NCBI GenBank assembly: GCA_002269645.1
Contig: NIVC01000162.1
Location: forward strand, 487,545-551,544
Origin: Macrostomum lignano
Lineage: Eukaryota
Reading direction: 5' to 3'
Length of the DNA stretch: 64,000 nt
Shown here: positions 27,726-40,800 of the stretch, piece by piece
How positions within the stretch are numbered: the stretch's first letter is position 1
How the letters are laid out: every line of letters starts with the position of its first letter
Made by a program: the position numbers and the translations under genes
Notes under the pieces: model-generated
Databases searched by the model: none
Told to the model about the DNA's origin: nothing
The model's input: only the letters and a program-made list of their open reading frames with translations

Positions 27726-30700
27726 GAAGAAGAAAAGAAGAATTGAAGAAGAAGAATACTAATAAGAAAAACAAAATTATAATAAAAAACAATTGATTAT
27801 ACCTGCCTTAATGGACAGATGTGCAACCGACAGCTCGCTCGATCAGCCACCGCTATTTTCGCGGCGCATCTGAAGGCTTTAGATGCTATAAATACGGTAC
27901 TCGATCGTCGATGCTGGGTACCTCGCGGACACCCCCGGGTTAATTAGACTGCTCGGTGCTCGATGCTCGGAATGAAATGACTGAACCAATTACGATCGCC
28001 CAACCCGGGCTGTACCTCAACAGTTTATTTTCTGCGTAATACTGCAGGCCTGCTGGAGACCCCACCAATTGATTTAGCCTTTCCCCTGCCTTGCGACATC
28101 AAGTTATTAGAAGAGTACCATATCTTCGCCGTCAACAGTTATTTAGAACTCATAGATCTTATATATATTCCTGATAGGCCACTCCCAATTATGCATTCAA
28201 TTCAGTAGCAGCTGCAGCTCTTCACACTAGCTTCATTATTGCTGAAACTTTCTGATTTTTATCGTTTCTTGTATATTTCGTTTACATTTTCAACTGTTTT
28301 GTTTGAATAACGATTTTTCATTCGTTCATCCTCATGGTTCAAGTGAAAATACACATCATTTGCAAGAATTATACTAAAAAATGAAAATAGCTATAAATAT
28401 GAATTGATACGCGCATAAGCTACTGACCCGATACGCGGTCGCTAAATTTTCCAAGAAATACAAAGGCTCTATGGGCGCGCCATAGGCGTAGGAACGGGAG
28501 GGACAGTAGGGCCATGGCCCCCCCCCCACTTTTTAAAGATGTGGGGCCAGTATGGTATCTGCATGTGGCCCCTCCACATTTTAAATGCAAAATGTAGACT
28601 TTTTGCTTATTTTTTACTCTTCTTTCTGGTTTTGCTGCTTCGCATGAATGCATTTTGCTGCAGGACGACAAAACATGCGCCAAAATGAGTGCCTGCGGCG
28701 CCAAAATGAGTGCTGACAAAACCGATTCTGAAAGTAATCGGTACATGATAATGTGCATTTCCCATGTAAAAAATAAAAAATCTTACTCGACGGGGGGGGG
28801 GCGGGGGGCGTGCGCCTGTGGAAAGCCGATTCTGAGAGAGCTGGTTTGGTGAGCCAGGTCGCGGATTAGCTTAATCTCCGGATTAGCTGATGTCTGCTTT
28901 TGAAATTCTCGCCGTCTTTTCTTAGCTACCGCGGGACCTTCGGCTGCTCGCCATATCTATGCTACCTTGAGGATCACCATCTGACGGAACTGGGAGGCCA
29001 GAGCATTAGTTGATCGATTTCTATGCTCTCAGGCCCGACAAGCTTCCATTCAAGAGCTTAAGAAGGCCGAACCCATCAATTTATTGGTGATTCTGAGGCT
29101 GGAGGTTGAAGAATTAAGCAGAAGAATGGGATGGAGAGTAGCATTCTTATGCTGATGCTGAAGGTTGACTAAAATTACCAGTATTTATGCTATTTATTCT
29201 GCTAAAAAATTTGCTGACCCAGTCTGGGAAAAGTTTACAAATTGCAATAATAATAATTAATAATGGCCTGGGCTTTTGATCATACCGATGCCTAGGCGTG
29301 CAGATATCTAATTATTGATATAAAAAATAGTGAGCATACCCCATGCAGATTGCAGACGCCTCGTGGGACATAGCTGGATTTAAAATTAAATGGAAGTGGC
29401 GATCTTCAAATGCTGCAGCGCATAATAAACCGTTTTAGACCAATGACTAATACTGCCTGGCTGAAAGTGTAATTACCGTATAATTGGCCTGCCTATTTTA
29501 TTGCAGGCTATACATTTTTTATGTCCGATAAGAACACGCATACGAAATTGATTTTTCAGTCTAAGAGCAAGTCCCGTTAAATAGCTTATCTAATTGGCTA
29601 GCCTGCGGCATGCCCTTATGACTTTTATCTTGAAGATAAGATTGCGCTAGACTATATGCAATTGATGAACACTTATATTTTGTCGGCTTCTTCTCGTGAA
29701 ATCCTGATTTTGTCGAAAGCTGCTACTGCAGTCTGCAAATTCACTACTTATAGTAAGTAGGACGTCTCTCCTTTTTATTCTTAATTGAGAAGTCTTGACA
29801 TTCGACATTACATTTGAGATCACTGCTTGAGAGCTATCTATCCGAGCTGCCTCTTAGCGACTGAAAATAGGGGCCCCACTGACAAGTTTTTCCAGGAAGC
29901 GGGAAGCCATGCTAATTATGAGCAGGTGCGCCAATTGAGCGCGGTCAGTTGTCTCCTACGAGTATATTCGCAATCGAGTGGTTTCACTTGTGTATGTATC
30001 AACTAGATTTATTAATCATAGTAGATTTATTTATTAATCATAGCATTTCACAAAAATTATGAAAGAAAATTAATTTAGTTAGTTCAATGTAAGGTGCAAA
30101 ACTGCAAACCTTCAATCAACCCTTTGAAACAATAATATTATTTATGATTAATCATTCGAAAAATTCATTCGAATAAATATAAATTAATAAATAGGTACAA
30201 GCAACAATTGAAACTAATTGATATTAATTCATAACGAGGCTACTTAATTAATCGAAGAATCATCAGTTGCGGCGCAGGCGGGGGGCAGTGGGGGCTGCGC
30301 CCCGGGTGACCACCCTCCCAATCCCAACCCCTGGGGGAACATTTAAAGATTTAGCAACACTAAAAAACAATGTTAAAACATGCTGCATCGCGTCAAATAA
30401 TGCATGCCAAACAAAAAATAAGCCGCAGGTGCGTTAGAAATTTAATTTAAATATTTTAGTTGAGATGTACATTCGAATTCGAACTGTACTGACTTCATGT
30501 TTATAAAAGTACTTTCACTTCTGTTTGAAATATTAGAATTTAAATGTTGAAACTTAAGTTAAGAGGATGGTATCGTAGTACGATCTTAACGAGAATTTTC
30601 TGGATAGCCTCAGGGAAAAATTCAGCTATGAAGTAATGTCGGATACTTCAAAGGGTTGGAATATTGTCACGCCTACAAATAAAAAATAAAGCTGAGGACT

Positions 30701-30825
30701 AACCGAAAAGGACAAAAACAGTCATGACTCATAAAGTACGAGTATATGCTTCGCCGGTACAGTTTAAATTCTTGATTCATTGTCTGTGAATTTTTTTCAG
30801 GAATTCTTGTTCTTCAATGCTTCAA

Positions 30826-32001
30826 TTAATGTTGGCGAAAGGCCACTAACGGAGGTGGCGGCAAGACTTCAAAGTAGCCCACTTGGCGAACGGAGCCAAG
30901 ACGACGCATGAGGAAGCGACGCCGTTTTGCGGCGGGACTCGTGCTGCTTCTGCTGCTGTTGCTTCTGCTGCAGTCGCGCTGGCGCTGCTGAGCAATCACA
31001 GGCGCGCGCCGAGAAGCAGTAGAGCGAGTAGGCGTAGGGCAGGTCGTTGCGTTGAATAGTACCGGTGGCGGCGACCTACTAGCGTGCTGCTGACTCTGCT
31101 GAAGGCGTGGACTGCGGCTGCGCGATCGGCTGGCGATGCGGCTGACCGCCCGGCCGACCAGACGCAGGGCCCGCTGACCAAACGAGGCGCTGCGACTTCG
31201 GTTGCTGCAGGCTTCCTGTTGTTGCTGCTGTTGGATCGGCTCAGTCCACGGCTCAACCCACGGCTCCAGTCGCTCGATCCAATTAGTAGGATAGGAGCCA
31301 ATTTCGTGAGCGAAATCTATTAGCAGGGTCGCTATGCCATTGATGCGACCCAACAGCTCCATCGTAGCGTCCATAGGCTGAATGAGGCTGGGGCCGAGAC
31401 AGGCACCCAGATTCGGCGCTGGCATACGATTGATTTGGCTGTGCGAAGAAACACGCTTCAGAAACAGGCAGAGATAGCGCATGGCTGTAAGTTGGCTACT
31501 CGGCAATAGCAGACAGCCGAGGCGAAGAATCTTGACTTGCTTCTCCAGGGTTCGCCTGTTTGTTGCCTGTAGCAAAATCTTGGACAATTCACGAGGTACA
31601 AGGGGCTCTGGAAGCTCTCTCAGCCAGGCTTTTAGCACCGAACAGACATCGTGAATTGGAGTAGCATCTAGTATAGGCAGTCCCTTGTCCAGCCGCAGTC
31701 TCAAATCTCTCTGACGCACCTTCGAGCCTTCAATTCGAAACAATCCTTCGACTTGTAGATGATCGCTGATAAAGGAACAGCAGGCAACGAGGACAGTCGG
31801 GACTTTACCTATTCCCTCAATCTCGGTGGATGCCTGCTGCAGCAGAGGTCGTCCAAAGCATTGTGTACTTCGTTCTGTGTAAGCTGGTAGTCTGGCCTTG
31901 GGTAGCTGGATGCCTAGCTGAAGCAACTCTTTAACAGCAAGAGCGCAGACCTGCCGCTGCTTAGCCTCGCTGAGTTTTTCGCAGTAAGTTGTGCCAGACA
32001 T
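30826..32001 (-). CDS. RhoGAP-domain protein, ARHGAP11-like
   Basis: First ATG is at 32001; the ORF track start at 32088 is TTG. RhoGAP motifs: FGRPL, VPTVLVACC, EGLFRIEG (arginine finger), HDVCSVLKAWLRELPEPL, NRMPAPNLGACLGPSLI. A possible donor at 30882 could extend the gene. Confidence 0.88.
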   Translation of the reverse strand: MSGTTYCEKLSEAKQRQVCALAVKELLQLGIQLPKARLPAYTERSTQCFGRPLLQQASTEIEGIGKVPTVLVACCSFISDHLQVEGLFRIEGSKVRQRDLRLRLDKGLPILDATPIHDVCSVLKAWLRELPEPLVPRELSKILLQATNRRTLEKQVKILRLGCLLLPSSQLTAMRYLCLFLKRVSSHSQINRMPAPNLGACLGPSLIQPMDATMELLGRINGIATLLIDFAHEIGSYPTNWIERLEPWVEPWTEPIQQQQQQEACSNRSRSASFGQRALRLVGRAVSRIASRSRSRSPRLQQSQQHASRSPPPVLFNATTCPTPTRSTASRRAPVIAQQRQRDCSRSNSSRSSTSPAAKRRRFLMRRLGSVRQVGYFEVLPPPPLVAFRQH

Positions 32002-33919
32002 TTCCCATGCTTTGTCTAAACTAGGATTGAGAGATTTTTTAATCCTTCGGGTGACTTTAAGAAGGGGGGTGACTTTGAGCCAATCCAAGGAGGCGAAACC
32101 GGCTCCACCAATCCGGGCCGGGCTCGATTGTCAGACACCCCTTCCCTCCAGCCAGCCCTAGGGATGGGTTATTATTCAATCGTAAACAAGGCCTGGCCCA
32201 CCCAGCAAACAGCAGCTCTCCCCGCCGCCAGACAGCCGCCTAAACTTATATTGGTCTTCACATGGGTTTTAATGCGAGATTAAGGCCAGGACCCGGCTTT
32301 AAGTTCAGACTATTGTTGCGGCTGGACTGAAGAGTACTATGTATTTTGTAAACAGCTTTACAGCCAGATAGCAACGGCTGGCACTGGGTCTTATGCCAAC
32401 TATCTTCACTTTACTTAAATCAAAGCTTGAATTTAAACTGATATTCCTGTCCAGCCCCTGTCTGTGACTCTCACTCTATAGTAGGGAATAAAAAATACCG
32501 GGCTTTGCTGAAACCCGGAATTTTGCCAATACCAGTATTAAATACCGGTTGGGAAGGCAAAGTACGCTCGTACTTGTAAGGATTGTATTGTTTTCTTGCT
32601 TGCTTTGTTTAACTTGTGCTGTACAGAGTTTTACGTTTTACATAAGACAAATGGGCAGCGGTGGTAAACACTAATTTGGGGGATTTTTGTAAAAAATCGA
32701 TACCCCACTTTGCGAGACCGAGACCGAGCCCGCCCAGCGCTATTAAGCCAACCAAACCGGGGGGGGGGGGCATGTCACCCGCACGTGACTTAGGCAGGCC
32801 GGCCACCTCCCCCCGCAAGCACCACGCCTGATTCGCCTTCCACACAAAAAGTCGTGGCTTTTTAAGCTCTAAGCCAGTGGAGTAGCCAGCATTTTCATCT
32901 GAGTGCGAGGGGTCACAACAATTTACACTATTATTTGTCGTAATACTAGTGCGTTTAGTATGAGCAATTTAGTAGAGAACGCATATCGCTGAATGGGGTT
33001 TCGCCACTAGTAGACGCAAATTCGGTCGAGGAAAATCCGCGCTAGAAAAATCTTATTTACCGCGAGGGGCAAGACCGCGGTTTTTTTATTTTTTAATTAC
33101 ATGCATAGTTTGCGTGAGTACCTTCGTACCTACTTATAGTAGAAAAAAAGTAAATAACTTACATAAACTATGCTGCTTACAACAGAATATATTTGATTTG
33201 TACGAGTTAAAAATGGAATCACGGTCAGATTTTACATGTAGTTATTACATGTACAGTTTTAACTTTTCATCTTCAGCAAACAGCAAGGTACATCAAACAG
33301 ATTTTGGCAGGAATAACAGCTAACTTAATATTCCTGCATGACAATGTGTAGTGCTTCACGCGCAGAATGACGCATATAGCACCTGAGAGTGCTGCTTCCG
33401 TTGCAATTGCAACAAGCCTGATGCAATGCAGTGGTGCATTTTGCCGGGAAATAAATGCTTGCATGTATATAGTAAACAAACCTGCCTTGGTGAATGCGCG
33501 TATTAAGCGTTGCGAGAGGAGAAGCAACCAAGAAGACATAACAAAACAGGTCTGACTGATGCGAACAACAGGATACTGCAGTAGCACACCATTGCTACAT
33601 AAATCTGCGCTGATTACGTATACACATACCGTTGCTGCAGTAACTGGTATGCATTATGCTATCTTTCATCTTGATCTGTATACTACTATATAAACATATA
33701 TTCACTTCGGTGTCGTGTGGCTTGGTTTTCAATTGAAGCAGTTTGTTTGACTGTAAACTTCGGTAATTGTGCAATTATAACGAGCGCAGCAGGGCACAAT
33801 TGCCTTTGTAGTAACAGTGGCAAATTTCTGGCATTTTTAAAAAAATGCAGAAAGCACCCAAATATCGCTTTAGGGACCTCTCAGACCAGTCAACATGGCC
33901 CTTAACTAGGCATCGATGC

Positions 33920-34140
33920 TTCACTCGACACGTTTCCTCCAGGACCAGACCTCAGAGGAGCGATGCCCTTTTTGCCGCTCAGACAGTGAGACAGCACTGA
34001 GCACTTTGTACCTGCCACTATCGAGTTTTCACTCATCTCAGAGCCAAACTCGGTTTTCTCTCACGTTTGCAGGCCTGAGAACATACCGCTGCTCGCCCGG
34101 TACCCCAAGGACAACGGGATGAGCTGAGTCTTCCCCAACG
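33920..34140 (+). mobile_element. Degenerate 3' end of a non-LTR retrotransposon (frameshifted CCHC zinc-knuckle region)
   Basis: Across frameshifts the translation gives RCPFCRSDSET..EHFV and then PENIPLLARYPKDNG, resembling the C-x2-C...H...C tail of LINE ORF2. Confidence 0.35.
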
Positions 34141-36519
34141 CTGGTAAAGGAGGACCGCGCTGCAGGCGGGACAGCGGGCCCCCGAGCGACATACTTCGCT
34201 GAAAGTTATTGGTCGCCAGGGGCTAGCGGAATGAGAGACTCTCTCCTCCGCCTCCCCGCTGCATCACCCGGTCGATGCCCCCCCCCACCTGCAGCCAACT
34301 CAACTCAAGAATCGCTTGCTCCCAATTCCTAATAAAACTTCATCGCCGTTGTACATGAACCACTAGAAAAACCGGATGGCATCATTGAATACAATTCTAT
34401 TTCTGTGATTTGCAAAAGGCCTTCAAAACTAGTTTCCAAGAAAAGATTGGTATCGATCCTTCTATTTATACTGGCGCTTGCCTTTTAATTTACTTTAAAA
34501 AGATTAACTCGTATAAGACTGCATGAGGGTCAGTTAGTCGCAACTATAAGCATTAAGCTAGAATTCTAATCTTAATTTTGAGCCCAGCAAACTGCAGCTC
34601 AAAATAATTGCCCACTGTCACTGATAAGACCGAGCTTGCCACTTTGCCCTGTGTTAAACTAATCGAACTTTACACAAAAGAGCACAATATAATGATTAGC
34701 AATTTAGAGCCCCGCAGTGCCAGTCAGCACCAGTCGAATCTTTGAACTGCGATACCAGCTACACTGCATGGGTCAAAGTTATGCAGCTAAGATTACCTCA
34801 AGCGACCTTCTTTACCGCTATCTCTAATCACTTTAATGTTATAATAACTATAGCTTATTTATTTGAGTTACTTTCGAGTGCCCGGGTCTATCTGACGGTA
34901 CTATTACTGCAGAAGACACTATAGAAGAATTGGATAGACCCTCAACAATTTTCTGCGCACATTCTATATAGACATGAGGCGTCGCGTGCTCAGCACTGAC
35001 CCTGCGACCTGGTGCGGCCAGCGCGCCCCTAGCGGTGCGGTTAGTCAGACAGACCGATATGGACGCATTATCGGGGCCAATGCGGGCCTCAAGTCTCGAT
35101 AAGGCCGGGGCACATGGGCAGCATCATGGCACAAGTCAATGCTAGAAATGCAAAAGTCTGGCCCCAAAAGCCAATAGCAGTGATGCCATGCCAGCCCTGT
35201 TGAAGCAGCAATCTGACAAACGGACAAGCAGCCACCCCAAGGGAGGGGGGTGGTCGGCGCTTCATATCGCCACTCCTACGGGGCGGCGGCTTATTTATGC
35301 CAGCGCCTGCGGCGGACGCCAATAATACAGACCGGTCTGCCTGAAAGAAGACTAGTTGCAGACAATGATAGTCGCGCATTTTACACGGAGCCGAATGAAC
35401 AATAAGCCAGGATTATTAGGTGAGTTTGCCCGACTATAACAAGCAGCTCGGCAGTGGTCAGCTGTGTACATTTCCTCCCGAGACTGGCAATAATTTAGCC
35501 TCAGACTCCGCACCTGCGCCTATACTATACTCAGGAGGATGTGTGCACAGTCTGTCAGACTCTGAGCAATAATCAACTACTGCTAGTAATTAATAAGACT
35601 TTTGTTCTTCTTTCGGCGAAAATAAACGCAACCAAACGTATCTGACCTACTGACCTACGCTATAAAACTATCGCCGCTTGCCTTATTTTAATTTTTAATA
35701 AAGGAGCAACAACCAGAGACCCAAACGGGGTAATTATAAATTTATGGCAGAGCTGTGAGACACGAAGAGGCCAAAATAAAACAGTGGGCTGCTTTTAATT
35801 TTTATTAAACAGCAGAGCTGCAGGGGTAAGCTGCAGCAATACAATGGGCGGCGAATTCAACAGCAATTATGCAGAATAGATCGAATTAAAAGATCGAGCT
35901 TGCACAGAGACTCGCTGACAGACAGATTGCAAGTAGTATGACAGGGACTTTTTGAACATGCTTGATATTGCACAACGTACATGTAGTCAAATACAAGAGA
36001 TTAATCAGTAAAAGCAATGCATACAACACAGAGGCAACACGTAATCATAGCAGAAAAAGCAAAATTAAAAAGAATAAGATACAAGCAATATCTTAGCGGT
36101 TGTCAGCCATGCACTTTAATACATGGCTTTATTTGCAGTTAACCCCAATACATGTTGCAATTACAATATGGATTGAATAATAAAAAAATGCGACGCGCCA
36201 CAATGCATATTGCAACAGTATGAATCGGATAATTAATTAGGCGAGCGAAACTATTTAATCGTTAATAAATAAATAAATTATCGACTCCGATTTAATGAGT
36301 GCTGCAGTTACAAATTATTATTTATAATATTAATAGAATTAATAGAACTGATAATATTATAAAAATACGACAGAATTCAGAAAACAGCCTGGCGAGTGGC
36401 GTTATAAACATTTGACAAAGGTGACAAACGACTGAGAATTTGTGAGTAGCGCATGCACTGAGCACGACTGTCTAAGAACTGCTGCGATACTGTGAAATTT
36501 GGGGCGATTTTCCAGGGGG

Positions 36520-37736
36520 GGGGGTTAGGGGCGATTCCCTATGGGGTTAGGGGCGATTCTCTATGAGGTTAGGGGCGATTCCCTATGGGGTTAGGGGCGA
36601 TTCTCTATGAGGTTAGGGGCGATTCGTTATGGGGTTAGGGGCGATTCCCTATGGGGTTAGGGGCGATTCTCTATGGGGTTAGGGGCGATTCTCTATGGGG
36701 TTAGGGGCGATTCCCTATGGGGTTAGGGGCGATTCTCTATGAGGTTAGGGGCGATTCCCTATGAGGTTAGGGGCGATTCGTTATGGGGTTAGGGGCGATT
36801 CCCTATGGGGTTAGGGGCGATTCTCTATGGGTTAGGGGCGATTCTCTATGGGGTTAGGGGCGATTCCCTATGGGGTTAGGGGCGATTCTCTATGAGGTTA
36901 GGGGCGATTCCCTATGAGGTTAGGGGCGATTCGTTATGGGGTTAGGGGCGATTCTCTATGGGGTTAGGGGCGATTCCCTATGGGGTTAGGGGCGATTCCC
37001 TATGGGGTTAGGGGCGATTCCCTATGGGGTTAGGGGCGATTCTCTATGGGGTTAGGGGCGATTCTCTATGGGGTTAGGGACGATTCTCTATGGGGTTAGG
37101 GGCGATTCTCTATGGGGTTAGGGACGATTCTCTATGAGGTTAGGGGCGATTCTCTATGGGGTTAGGGGCGATTCTCTATGGGGTTAGGGGCGATTCTCTA
37201 TGGGGTTAGGGGCGATTCTCTATGAGGTTAGGGGCGATTCTCTATGGGGTTAGGGGCGATTCTCTATGGAGTGGGGTTAGTGGCGATTTTCTATGGGGTT
37301 AGTGGCGATTTTCTATGGGGTTAGTGGCGATTTTCTATGGGGTTAGGGACGATTCTCTATGGGGTTAGGGGCGATTCTCTATGGGGTTAGGGGCGATTCT
37401 CTATGGGGTTAGGGACGATTCTCTATGGGGTTAGGGGCGATTCTCTATGGGGTTAGGGACGATTCTCTATGAGGTTAGGGGCGATTCTCTATGGGGTTAG
37501 GGGCGATTCTCTATGGGGTTAGGGGCGATTCTCTATGGGGTTAGGGGCGATTCTCTATGAGGTTAGGGGCGATTCTCTATGGGGTTAGGGGCGATTCTCT
37601 ATGGAGTGGGGTTAGTGGCGATTTTCTATGGGGTTAGTGGCGATTTTCTATGGGGTTAGTGGCGATTTTCTATGGGGTTAGGGACGATTCTCTATGGGGT
37701 TAGGGGCGATTCCCTATGGGGTTAGGGGCGATTATC
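36520..37736. repeat. 22-bp TTAGGG-containing minisatellite ggggttaggggcgattctctat
   Basis: Directly visible, about 55 copies. Confidence 0.95.
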
Positions 37737-37817
37737 AAGCAGAAAATCGGTCAAAAAAAGAAAACGCCAACGGACTGCGAAATGCTATAGGCTGTTTTGT
37801 TCATAAAAGTACATCAA

Positions 37818-40800
37818 TCAGTTTTTCCTCATAGGCGGCTTCAGCGCCCAGTTCGGCGCCCCGTCAGGAGGCGGCCGCTGCGACCTGGAGCGCAGCGGAT
37901 CCCGGATGCAGCGGCCCAGCTGCTGCTTCTGCTTGGTGGTGGCGCAGTTGTCCATGTAAACCTGGTCAAGCTGGCGTTTCAATCGTTTCACTTCGTCCGA
38001 TTCCCAGGCGAGCTCGCGGACGCGCAGCTGGTCGGAGCCGCCGGAGCCGCACTCCTCGTCGGAGCTGGTGTAGTCCCGGGTGAGGATGACGCGGAACTTC
38101 TCCAGCTCGTCCGAGCTGAGGCTGGTGGCCACGAGTTCGAAGCTTTTCTGGCGTCGGTTCAGCTTCTGGAAGGTTGACGATGAGGATAAGAGGTTGGCGG
38201 AGAATGTGATTTGGGGACTCTGATGGGAGAATGGGATTTGGGGATGCTGATGGGAGAATGGGATTTGGGATGCAGGTGGGAGCATGGGATTTGGGGTGCT
38301 GTTGGGACAATTTGATTTGAGGATTCAGGTGGGAGAATGGGATTTGGGGATGATTGTGGGAGAATGGGATTTGGGGATTCTAATGCGAGAATGGGATTTG
38401 GGGATGCTTGTGGGAGAGTGGGATTTGAGGATTCTGGTGGGAGAATGGGATTTGGGGATGCTGATAAGAGAATGGGATTTGGGGATGCTGATGCGAGAAT
38501 GGGATTTGGGGATGCTGATGGGAGAATGGGATTTGAGGATTCTAATGCGAGAATGGGATTTGGGGATGCTGATGGGAGAGTGGGATTTGAGGATTCTAAT
38601 GCGAGAATGGGATTTTGGGATGCTTGTGGGAGAGTGGGATTTGAGGATTCTGGTGGGAGAATGGGATTTGGGGGATGCTGATAAGAGAATGGGATTTGGG
38701 GATGCTGATAAGAGAATGGGATTTGGGGATGCTTATGGGAGAGTGGGATTTGAGGATTCTAATGCGAGAATGGGATTTTGGGATGCTTGTGGGAAAGTGG
38801 GATTTGAGGATTCTGGTGGAGAATGGGATTTGGGGATGCTTATGGGAGAGTGGGATTTGAGGATTCTAATGCGAGAATGGGATTTTGGGATGCTTGTGGG
38901 AAAGTGGGATTTGAGGATTCTGGTGGGAGAATGGGATTTGGGGATGCTGATAAGAGAATGGGATTTGGGGATGCTTATGGGAGAGTGGAATTTGAGGATT
39001 CTAATGCGAGAATGGGATTTTGGGATGCTTGTGGGAGAGTGGGATTTGAGGATTCTGGTGGGAGAATGGGATTTGGGGATGCTGATGGGAGAATGGGATT
39101 TGGGGATGCTTGTGGGAGAATGGGATTTGAGGATTCTGGTGGGAGAAAGGGATTTGGGGATGCTGATGGGAGAATGAGTTTCTTCAAGGAATTTAGAATC
39201 TTGATTTGGACCGGAGCATATTTATGGAGGAATGGAATGAGAAATGGTTTCGATACGGCAATTATCGGTACCTTACCATCCGGTTTTGAGTGGTAGTCAC
39301 AAAGCTAATCAAATAATAATGCAAATTCTATACAATATGACACTGCACTAAAGTAGAAGCGCCCCTAAAGAATCCCACGGGCCAAGTCTGCAGACTAGAA
39401 GTAGATTTTTAATCTGAACAGGCAGATAAGCAAGCAGTATTGGACGATTGGCCAAATGGAATAACTCATTACTGTTAGGCGAAGCTTGCTGCGCATCTGC
39501 TTTCTAAAATCCCAGAAAATGTCAGTCAGCCGGCTAGTTTTAGGCAGTCCTGCGCGCAAAGATAACAGTTGCTTATTGTAAATCGGGGCGAATTGAATTT
39601 TTGATTTTAAACTTGCACTGCTGGAGCCAGAGAGGACGATAAGTAGAATAGAATGCTTTTATTCCGACAAAATTTTGCTGGAGGTTAATAGACTAAGCAA
39701 GTGAGCAGTCTGATTACATTATGGCGCAGTTTGATCCGAATCTGCTTCCCAAAGTCCCAGAAAATCTCCGACAGTCGGCCAGCCTTTGGCAGCCCTGCGA
39801 AGTTTAAATAATTCATTATAATAATTTGCATTATTAGCTATGGTCTGCGTTGTTTAATTCGGGCAAGGGTGAAGAGTGAACAAGAGAGTGAACAGAAAGG
39901 TGAATAAAATGAACAAGAGAGTGAACAGAAAGGTGAATAGAATGAACAAGAGAGTGAACAGAAAGAAGAAGAGAGTGAACAAGAGAGTGAACAGAAAGGT
40001 GAATAGAATGAACAAGAGAGTGAACAGAAAGGTGAATAGAGTGAACAAGAGAGTGAACAGAAAGGTGAAGAGAGTGAACAAGAGAGTGAACAGAAAGGTG
40101 AATAGAGTGAACAAGAGAGTGAACAGAAAGGTGAATAGAGTGAACAAGAGAGTGAACAGAAAGGTGAAGAGAGTGAACAAGAGAGTGAACAGAAAGGTGA
40201 AGAGAGTGAATGAGAGAAAGAACAAGAGAGTGAACAGAAAGGTGAAGAGAGTGAATGAGAGAGTGAACAGAAAGGTGAAGAGAGTGAATGAGAGAGTGAA
40301 CAAGAGAGTGAACAGAAAGGTGAATAGAATGAACAAGAGAGTGAACAGAAAGAAGAAGAGAGTGAACAAGAGAGTGAACAGAAAGGTGAAGAGAGTGAAC
40401 GAGAGAGTGAACAGAAAGGTGAATAGAGTGAACAAGAGAGTGAACAGAAAGGTGAATAGAGTGAACAAGAGAGTGAACAGAAAGGTGAAGAGAGTGAATG
40501 AGAGAGTGAACAGAAAGGTGAAGAGAGTGAATGAGAGAGTGAACAGAAAGGTGAAGAGAGTGAATGAGAGAGTGAACAGAAAGGTGAAGAGAGTGAATGA
40601 GAGAGTGAACAGAAAGGTGAAGAGAGTGAATGAGAGAGTGAACAAGAGAGTGAACAGAAAGGTGAATAGAATGAACAAGAGAGTGAACAGAAAGAAGAAG
40701 AGAGTGAACAAGAGAGTGAACAGAAAGGTGAAGGGAGTGAATGAGAGTGAACAGAAAGGTGAAGAGAGTGAATGAGAGTGAACAGAAAGGTGAAGAGAGT

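Noticed and set aside
27520-27730. GC-rich segment followed by an (AAT)n tail, possibly a SINE/LINE 3' end
   Set aside because: No Pol III boxes, ORF remnant or target-site duplication was identified.
28940-29160. Short peptide resembling an LTR-retrotransposon gag relic (ARALVDRFL)
   Set aside because: Too short and interrupted to support without a search; no LTRs or pol were found.
39250-39330. Possible phase 0-0 exon (NLHYYLISFVTTTQNRM|gtaagg) between the array and the last exon of gene B
   Set aside because: No homology support and not required for the frame; junction reads would be needed.
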